In this document: positions 57,232 through 64,000 of the stretch, piece by piece | Layout of the letters: the number at the start of each line of letters is the position of its first letter | How positions within the stretch are numbered: position 1 is the stretch's first letter | Origin: Candidatus Latescibacterota bacterium | Lineage (GTDB): Bacteria; Latescibacterota; UBA2968; UBA8231 | Reading direction: 5' to 3' | DNA: 64,000 nucleotides | Assembly: GCA_965248355.1 (NCBI GenBank) | Contig: OZ252098.1 | Coordinates: 3,808,001 to 3,872,000 of the forward strand | Made by a program: the position numbers and the translations under genes | The notes under the pieces: generated by a model | The model's database searches: none | Told to the model about the DNA's origin: nothing | What the model saw: only the letters and a program-made list of their open reading frames with translations

Positions 57232-57967
57232 AGAAGCGACGGCGCTGATCGCCGACGACGAGGCGCCCGCCCGCCAGTTGCTGGCCGAGTATCTCGGCCG
57301 CTTTCCCCAGATCTCCATCGTCGCCGTCTGCACGGACGGAGCTCAGGCGGTCCGGGCCATCGACGAGCATCGCCCTTCCCTGGCCTTCCTCGACATCCAC
57401 ATGCCCGTGCTCACCGGTCTGGAGGTGTTGACGCGGATCCGGCACCTGCCGCGGGTGGTCTTCACCACCGCGCATCCCGAGTTCGCCGTCCGGGCCTTCG
57501 AGGTCAACGCCGTCGACTATCTGCTGAAACCGTACGACTTCGAGCGCTTCTCCACCGCCGTCGACAAGGCCCTGAAGGCATCCCGCGGCAGCGAGGTCGA
57601 CCGTCTGGTCTCTCTGCTTCACGAGGTCCGGCGGCCGGAGACGGCCAGACAGCTCTTCCTCAAGGTCTCGGGCCGAATCATGGCGGTCCCCGTCGACCAG
57701 GTCCGCTGGCTCCAGGCGGAGGGAGACTACACCCGCGTCCACACCCGGGGCGGATCCTGCTTCGTCAGCGAGGGCCTGGGCGGCTTGGAGGCGAGACTCG
57801 ACCCGGACCGGTTCATGCGCATCCACCGGTCCGCCATCGTCGCCCTGGAGGCCCTGCGCGAGCTGATCAGCGACGGCGACGGAGGCTACGTGGCGCGCCT
57901 CGACGACGACACCGAGGTGCGGGTCTCGCGATCATACGCATCGAGGCTCCGCGGCCTCATGGGCTGA
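57224..57967 (+). CDS. LytTR-family response regulator
   Basis: ADDE, FLDIHMP, DYLLKP, FMRIHRS and VSRSY motifs. Confidence 0.95.
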   Translation: MTEEATALIADDEAPARQLLAEYLGRFPQISIVAVCTDGAQAVRAIDEHRPSLAFLDIHMPVLTGLEVLTRIRHLPRVVFTTAHPEFAVRAFEVNAVDYLLKPYDFERFSTAVDKALKASRGSEVDRLVSLLHEVRRPETARQLFLKVSGRIMAVPVDQVRWLQAEGDYTRVHTRGGSCFVSEGLGGLEARLDPDRFMRIHRSAIVALEALRELISDGDGGYVARLDDDTEVRVSRSYASRLRGLMG

Positions 57968-58009
57968 CGCCGAGGCCGCTCCGGAGGCGAACCGGCGGCC
58001 TACCCGCGG

Positions 58010-59472
58010 TCAGGGTGTCAGCCGGCGCCGGGTGACGATCTCCCGATAGACGGCGGCGCTGTCCTTCCACAGGCGCTCCTGGCTGTCGAAGTCGACGTGG
58101 ATCAGCCCGTAGCGGCGGCCGAAGCCGGCGCTGTACTCGAAGTGATCGAAGGCCGACCAGACGATGTAGCCGTCCACCGGGGGACACCCGCCGCCAGCGC
58201 CCGGTGAACCTGACGCAGGTGATCCTTCAGGTAGCGGGTGCGCAGGGCGTCGTGGATCCGCCCCCCCACGACAACTTCGTCCGCCGGTCCGAAGCCGGAG
58301 CCGTTCTCGGTGATGACGAGCCGCGGTGACCCGTAGTCCCGCGCAATCCTGGTGAGCAGGTCATGCAAACCCTCGGGGTGGACCTCCCCGAGGAAGGACG
58401 TCACCGAATCCGGGTCGGCGAGCACCTCGATTCCGAACCTGTGCGAGCCCGGCCGCCGACGGACACGCCGCGGGGCGTAGTAGTTGACCCCGATGAAGTC
58501 CGGCGGCACCCGGCCCAGGGCCGAGATCATCTCCAGGTCGGCGGCCAGACCCGCCGCGCGGTAGCGCCCCAGCACGTCCGCCGGATAGGACCCGTGCAGC
58601 ACGGCGTCGAGGAACCACCGGTTGAGGATGCCGTCCTCCAGCCGCGCCGCGGCGAGATCCTTCGGATCCTCCGTGGCGGCATATACGGGAGACAGGTTCA
58701 AGGCGATTCCGATGCGGCCCGGCAGCCCCATCTCCCGGAAGACCTCCACCGCCCGGCCGTGGGCCAGCAGGTGGTGGTGCGTATCCAGCGCCTGCGCGGC
58801 CAGCGCTTCAGCCGGCACCGGGACGAAGTGTCCCTCCCGGGCGGGGGGCAGCAGGCCCTTGGCGATGCTGCCGATGTACATGGTCTCCATGTAGGGCTCG
58901 TTCAGCGTGATCCAGGTGGACACCCGGTCGCCGTACGCCTCGAAGACGACGCGGGCGTACTCGGCGAACCAATCGGGAGACCGGGGATTCGCCCAGCCGC
59001 CCCGCCGCATCAGCTCCAGTGGTAGGTCCTGGTGATAGAGGGTGACCACGGGCTGGATGCCCGCCGACAGCAGCGAGTCGATGACGGCGCCATAGTGCTC
59101 CACGCCCGCCTCGTTCAGCGGCCCGACCCCTTGCGGAAGGATCCTGGACCAGGCGATGGAGAAGCGGTAGGTATCGACCCCCAGGCGGCGCAGATGGTCG
59201 ATGTCCCCTCCGTATCGGTGGTAGTGGTCGATGGCGACGTTGCCCGTCGCCCCTCCGGCGATCCCGATCTCGTTAGTGTAGAAGTCGAGGACCGACAGGC
59301 CCTTGCCGTCCTCCTTCCAGGCGCCCTCGGTCTGGTAGGCCGATGTGGCGGCGCCGAACTGGAAGCTCTCAGGGAACTCCAGGTCGGTGGGGGATCCGGA
59401 TTCTTGTTGCAGGAGGCCGCAGCTTGTGCACAGGAGCAGCATGGAGATGGACAAGGGCATGGAGCGCGTCAT
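58010..59472 (-). CDS. GH1 beta-glycosidase with lipoprotein-type signal; frameshift at a C5 run (58179-58183)
   Basis: ATSAYQTEG, YRFSIAW, TLNEP and ITENG; the C-terminus GYIVWSAFDHFEY...YGLIHVDF continues in a shifted frame to a stop at 58010. Confidence 0.88.
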
Positions 59473-59502
59473 GGGGCTCTCTCCTTTGATGAGTGCTCCA
59501 CG

Positions 59503-59570
59503 AGCCTACGGAGAGGCGGGCCCCGGTCCACCCCATTTTCGACGAACGGCGTCAGCGCCGGATGAACGGC
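59503..59570 (-). promoter_or_regulatory. Putative LytTR-activated promoter of the GH1 gene
   Basis: GCCGTTCATC-N10-GCCGTTCGTC direct repeat (59570-59541) upstream of a weak -35 and a TAGGCT -10 (59508-59503). Confidence 0.6.
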
Positions 59571-59767
59571 CTGTCCGGCGCGCCGAAGGGAGGCGCGGAC
59601 GACCGGTCGGCCGGGGATGAGTCCCCCTCGGCAGACCTGGACCCCGGCCGGGGCTTCTACCGGTGCGCCCCCGGGACATGGAGCCTACCTTAACCCTCCT
59701 TCGAGGGTGGAATGAGCCGGGGCGTCGCGCGGGCCGGCCTTGCCCGGGCCACGACAGGAGGACATCG

Positions 59768-61450
59768 GTGCTGAGACTGATCGCCTTCTTCCTCGAGCAC
59801 CGCGGGCGGCGCCGAGGTATCGGGCGGCTCCTGTGGGTGCTCTCCGCCTTCATCCTCATCGTCATCCTCTACAGCGTCCTCTTTCACCTGCTCATGCTCT
59901 ACGAGGGCCGGGACTTCTCCTGGTTCACGGGGGTGTACTGGACGCTGACGGTGATGTCCACCCTCGGCTTCGGCGACATCACCTTCCACACCGATCTCGG
60001 ACGGGCTTTCAGCATGGCCGTGCTCCTCAGCGGCACCGCTTTCCTGCTGATCCTGCTGCCCCTCACTTTCCTGCAGTTCTTCTGGATGCCGTGGATGGAG
60101 GCCCAGGCCCAGGGGCGCCTCCCGCGCAAGCTCGACGCCGGCACCCGGGACCACGTCATCCTGGTGCAGCACGACCCCCTCTCCCTCGCCCTCATCGAGC
60201 GGCTCGTGCAGTTCCAGTACTCGTACGTGCTCATCGAGCCGGACCCCTCGGAGGCCGGGCGGCTGGCCGACGAGGGGCTCAACGTGGTCCTCGGAGATCT
60301 CGACGATCCCAGGACCTACCGCGGGGCCCGCCTGGCCGAGGCCGCCCTCGTGGTCGCCGCTCGCTCCGACGAGATGAACACGCAGATCGCCTCGACGGTG
60401 CGCGCCATCTCCGAGAACACGTCGATCATCGGGACCGCCGACGTGCCGGCCTCGGTGGACATCCTCGAGCTGGCGGGCTGCAACCACGTGCTGCAGCTCG
60501 GCGACCTGCTCGGCGAGTCCCTGGCGCGGCGCACCACGGCCGGAGACGCCATGGCCCACGTCATCGGCGAGTTCGGCGAATTGCTGATCGCCGAGGCGAC
60601 GACGACGAACACGCCCATCGTCGGCCAGACGCTGGTCGAGGCGGATCTGCGCCGGAAGGTGGGGATCCACGTGATCGGCATCTGGGAGCGGGGGCAGTTC
60701 CAGCCGGCGCGGCCGGAGACCCGCATCACCGGCCAGACCGTCCTCGTCCTCGCCGCCGACCAGGAGCAGCTCTACCGGTACAACAGCCTCTTCGCCATCT
60801 ACAACCAGTCCGCCGAGCCGGTGATCATCATCGGCGCCGGCCGCGTCGGCCGCGCCGTGGGGCGCTCGCTGGAGGAGCGCAAGGTCGACTACCGGATCGT
60901 CGAGCGCGATCCGGAGGCCGCCGGGGACGACCGGACGGTGGTGAAGGGCTCGGCAGCGGAGCTGGAGGTGCTGCAGGAGGCGGGCATCCGGACGGCGCCG
61001 GCCGTGGTGCTCACCACCCGGGACGACGAGACCAACATCTACCTGGCCATCTACTGTCGCCGGCTGCGGCCCGACATCCAGATCATCGCCCGGGCGAACC
61101 AGGAGCGCAACGTGCAGACCCTGCACCGGGCCGGCACCGACTTCGTCATGTCCTATCCGTCCATGGGGGCCCGCGAGATCACCAACCAGCTGCAGCGCAG
61201 CAGCACGCTGACGATCGCCGAGGGCCTGGGGGTGATCCGCATGCCGGTGCCCCGGGGCCTGGCCGGCACCAGCATCGCGGGGTCGGGGATCCGTCCGCGG
61301 ACAGGCTGCTCGGTAGTGGCCGTCAGCCAGGACAGCACGACCCGGGTCAATCCGGACCCGACCGAGGCCCTGCCGGCCGGCGGCGAGATCATCCTGATCG
61401 CGACGGCCGAGGGCGAGCGCCTCTTTCTCAAGGAGTTCAGCAGCGCCTGA
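59768..61450 (+). CDS. 2-TM potassium channel with tandem RCK (TrkA-N/TrkA-C) domains, GsuK-like
   Basis: TVMSTLGFGD filter and two RCK modules (the second with GAGRVG); GTG start with AGGAGG RBS. Confidence 0.9.
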   Translation: MLRLIAFFLEHRGRRRGIGRLLWVLSAFILIVILYSVLFHLLMLYEGRDFSWFTGVYWTLTVMSTLGFGDITFHTDLGRAFSMAVLLSGTAFLLILLPLTFLQFFWMPWMEAQAQGRLPRKLDAGTRDHVILVQHDPLSLALIERLVQFQYSYVLIEPDPSEAGRLADEGLNVVLGDLDDPRTYRGARLAEAALVVAARSDEMNTQIASTVRAISENTSIIGTADVPASVDILELAGCNHVLQLGDLLGESLARRTTAGDAMAHVIGEFGELLIAEATTTNTPIVGQTLVEADLRRKVGIHVIGIWERGQFQPARPETRITGQTVLVLAADQEQLYRYNSLFAIYNQSAEPVIIIGAGRVGRAVGRSLEERKVDYRIVERDPEAAGDDRTVVKGSAAELEVLQEAGIRTAPAVVLTTRDDETNIYLAIYCRRLRPDIQIIARANQERNVQTLHRAGTDFVMSYPSMGAREITNQLQRSSTLTIAEGLGVIRMPVPRGLAGTSIAGSGIRPRTGCSVVAVSQDSTTRVNPDPTEALPAGGEIILIATAEGERLFLKEFSSA

Positions 61451-61562
61451 GGGCCGCCGGGGCGGCTCGCCCCGCAGCGGCCGGGTCAGGTGCGGCGATT
61501 GGATTCCTGGGTCCTGGACCTGGGGTGGACAGAAGGGACAGTTCGCGGTACCTGCCCTGCCC

Positions 61563-62939
61563 TCAGCCTTCTCGCCTCAGCTCCGCGAGGCTGTCGCGCA
61601 CCGTCTCGATGAGTCGGTCCACGTGTCCGCCTTCGAGGGGCAGGGAGATGCTGCCTCCCATCCGCCAGTAGATCCCGCGGTTGAGCAGGCGCAGGTGCAG
61701 CCAGCGCTGCAGTTGCGTGTCGTCGGCTGCCGCCTCGCGGTAGTTGCGCGGCGGATCCTCCAGGAAGTAGATGCGGAACAGGGAGCCGGCCACGACCACG
61801 CAGGCGGCGAGGCCCAGCTCGGCGAAGGCCCGTTCCAGCCCCGAGGCCGCGGCCTGCGCCAGGTCCGCGATCCCTTCGTACGCCGAGGGGGTCATCCTCT
61901 CCAGGGTGGCCTTTCCAGCGGTCAGGGCGAAGGGGTTGGCGTTGAACGTCCCCGACTGGGGGATCCTCGCCCCCTGGCGGGGATCGTAGAGGGCCATGAC
62001 CTCCTCGCGCCCGCCGAAGACGGCCCCCGGGGTGCCGCCGGCGATGACCTTGCCGAGGCAGGTGAGGTCGGGGCGCACGCCCAGGTGCTCCTGCACCCCT
62101 CCCGGTCCCATGCGGAAGCTGACGATCTCGTCGAAGACGAGGAGCGCGCCGGCGCCATGGGCAGCCTCGGCCAGGCGCTCGAGGAAGCCCTCCTCGGGCA
62201 GGGCCAGCCCGGCCGCCGTGGACAGGGGATCGACGATGACGGCCGCGAGCCGGCCGGCGTGTTCGGCCAGGCGCGCCTCGACGGCGTCGGCGTCGTTGAA
62301 GGGCAGGATCACGACGTCCTTCAGGGCCGCCGAGGAAAGGCCGGCGGTGGAGGCCACCGGGTTCGGGGCGTCGGCGGGACCGAGGTCTGGACCCGTCGGC
62401 GGCAGGTAGCTCACCATGGCGTGGTCGTCGATCCCGTGGAAGGCTCCCTCGAACTTGGCCGTGCCCGTGCGTCCGGTGAAGGCGCGGGCGGCTCTCAGGG
62501 CGTTGATCACGGCCTCGGATCCCGAGCTGCAGAACCGCAGCCGCTCCAGGGACGGGAGCCGCCGGCGGAGGAGCTCCGCCATCTCGACCTCGAGGGCCAG
62601 GGGGCGGGAGAACCCGGTGCCCCGGCCCACGGCCTCCCGCAGGGCCGACACCACGGCGGGATGGGCGTGTCCGAGGATGAGAGCGGTGTTGTTGTTGACG
62701 AAGTCCAGCAGCCGGTGGCCGTCGAGGTCGTACAGATAGACGCCTTCGCCCCGTTCGGCGTACAGAGGAAAGGGGTGCATGTGCACGCCCGTGCGCGTGT
62801 TGCCGCCGGGTAGGGAACCGGCGGCGCGGGCGAACATCGCCGAGGAGCGCGGATTGCGCTCGGCGAAGAGCGCCTCCTCCTCGGCGCAGGCGGCGGCCAG
62901 CGCCGACCTGTCGATTCTGCATGCGGCGGCCTGAGTCAT
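61563..62939 (-). CDS. Class III PLP aminotransferase (glutamate-1-semialdehyde aminomutase-like)
   Basis: DLDG, LGHAHP, SGSEA, FEGAFHG, FDEI, GKVIAGG and SGTFN motifs. Confidence 0.88.
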   Translation of the reverse strand: MTQAAACRIDRSALAAACAEEEALFAERNPRSSAMFARAAGSLPGGNTRTGVHMHPFPLYAERGEGVYLYDLDGHRLLDFVNNNTALILGHAHPAVVSALREAVGRGTGFSRPLALEVEMAELLRRRLPSLERLRFCSSGSEAVINALRAARAFTGRTGTAKFEGAFHGIDDHAMVSYLPPTGPDLGPADAPNPVASTAGLSSAALKDVVILPFNDADAVEARLAEHAGRLAAVIVDPLSTAAGLALPEEGFLERLAEAAHGAGALLVFDEIVSFRMGPGGVQEHLGVRPDLTCLGKVIAGGTPGAVFGGREEVMALYDPRQGARIPQSGTFNANPFALTAGKATLERMTPSAYEGIADLAQAAASGLERAFAELGLAACVVVAGSLFRIYFLEDPPRNYREAAADDTQLQRWLHLRLLNRGIYWRMGGSISLPLEGGHVDRLIETVRDSLAELRREG

Positions 62940-64000
62940 GGGGCCGCTCCCCGGGCAGCGCCGGCGCGGGAGTCCAGCCGCCGGATCCGTCCCAGCCGCG
63001 GGGGCGTCACCGTCCCCTGCCGGCCGGCGTAGCGGATCTGGGCGTCCACGATCTGCACCTCGGTGTTGGTCCAGTCCACCTCGCGTCCGAAGAATCTACC
63101 GCTGCGAAGGACGACATAGTCCTCGGCGGCCAGCGTGTAGGTGCGGTCCAGGTCGAGGTCGTGCTCGACCACGCGCCGGCCCCCGGGCCTCGACCGGTCC
63201 ACGGCATAGGAGAGGCCCGCCACCTGCATGGGCCGCTCCCTGCCGTCGCGGACGTCGAACTCGAGGATGTCGAGCACCTCCGCGCCGGTGAGCGGGAAGG
63301 TGTAGAGTTCGTCGCGGAAGTTCATCTGGAAGATGGCGCCGATGGTGACCTCCCCTTCCTCGAGGGGACGGCGGATGCCGTCGTTGTTCTGGAAGGCGAT
63401 GTCGGCGCCGGTGGCGAACAGGATGGAGTCACAGAACCAGTTGCCGAGAGCCGTGTCGTACCAGGGCTCGGTGAGGTCTTCGTTGGACAAGGTCCTGGCC
63501 GCCGTGGCCACGGGAGGCATGGGTCCGCATGCGGACGGATCCCCGGAGCGCCAGAGGCCTGCCTCGCCCCGGTGCAGACAGAGCTCCTCGTCGCCGCCGG
63601 CCAGCGTCACCTCGGCGCCGTCGATCCACACCCCCGCCGGTGGGCCGAGCCCGGCCAGGGGGCCCGTCCGGCGCAGGCGGAAGGCGGCCAGGTTGCCGGT
63701 GAGGATCCGGGGGGCGGGGCCCGTGAGGTCGATGCTCAGCTCCATCGGGTTGGCCCACATGACCGCCCGCTCCAGGCCCGCCCACCCAGCCTGTCCGTGG
63801 GCCGGCAGGAAGGCGGAGAGGAACAGGTGACCGAGCCGGGTCTCGTCCACCTGGGCCTGGGCGTACCAGGGCGGGGTGCCGCGGCCCTCGAGGACCGGGA
63901 CCTCCGTGGGCGGGCCCGCTCCTTCCGGGGTGTGCCAGCGCAGGCCGAAGACGGCGTTGCCCTCGTAGCGCTCGTCCCCTTCCACCTCGCACAGCTTGAG
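62936..64000 (-). CDS. Protein ending in a 5'-nucleotidase C-terminal domain; the 5' part lies outside the window
   Basis: The frame is open to 64000; LGNWFCD...ADIAFQN...GIR...LTG...QVAGL...RVV matches 5_nucleotid_C. Confidence 0.75.
   Translation of the reverse strand, partial: LKLCEVEGDERYEGNAVFGLRWHTPEGAGPPTEVPVLEGRGTPPWYAQAQVDETRLGHLFLSAFLPAHGQAGWAGLERAVMWANPMELSIDLTGPAPRILTGNLAAFRLRRTGPLAGLGPPAGVWIDGAEVTLAGGDEELCLHRGEAGLWRSGDPSACGPMPPVATAARTLSNEDLTEPWYDTALGNWFCDSILFATGADIAFQNNDGIRRPLEEGEVTIGAIFQMNFRDELYTFPLTGAEVLDILEFDVRDGRERPMQVAGLSYAVDRSRPGGRRVVEHDLDLDRTYTLAAEDYVVLRSGRFFGREVDWTNTEVQIVDAQIRYAGRQGTVTPPRLGRIRRLDSRAGAARGAAP

Noticed and set aside
61563..62939. Assignment as hemL
   Set aside because: Family-level similarity only, with no tetrapyrrole gene context, so no symbol was given.
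1..64000. CRISPR array, rRNA, prophage or recognised defence operon
   Set aside because: No regularly spaced repeats, rRNA-like stretches, phage genes or known defence gene sets were seen.

Overview
A 64 kb stretch of a high-GC (roughly 70% by eye) bacterial chromosome with about 50 protein genes, one tRNA-Val(GAC) and one IS630-family element. A secreted protein with an FlgD-Ig/T9SS-type-A-like C-terminus, a dockerin/EF-hand-like protein and many PhyH, enolase-superfamily, amidohydrolase and Gfo/Idh/MocA enzymes suggest an FCB-group organism such as Latescibacterota; this is an inference. Recognisable content: NAD-linked formate dehydrogenase (alpha subunit plus fused NuoE-NuoF-like subunit), ATP-dependent DNA ligase, dgcN-dgcA, a double-length UvrA, a coupled DUF2723(GT117)-GT2-flippase-NamZ operon, NfeD-SPFH-SPFH, a LytS/LytTR pair facing a GH1 lipoprotein, and a GsuK-like K+ channel. 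Most notable observations: (i) a candidate TMEM260-like bacterial glycosylation operon; (ii) a C2H2 zinc-finger/coiled-coil protein coupled to an unknown enzyme; (iii) two apparent pseudo-nucleases (DUF1016N fused to a decayed thermonuclease beside the ligase, and an RNase II-like protein without catalytic motifs); (iv) a PhyH enzyme with a halogenase-like HxG motif; (v) an IS630 inserted into a palindromic CTAG made of two convergent stop codons; (vi) an AlgR-like LytTR repeat box upstream of the GH1 gene; (vii) several gene scars and frameshifts; (viii) several near-leaderless starts. No CRISPR array, rRNA or prophage was seen. All family calls come from motif recognition by eye, with no database search.
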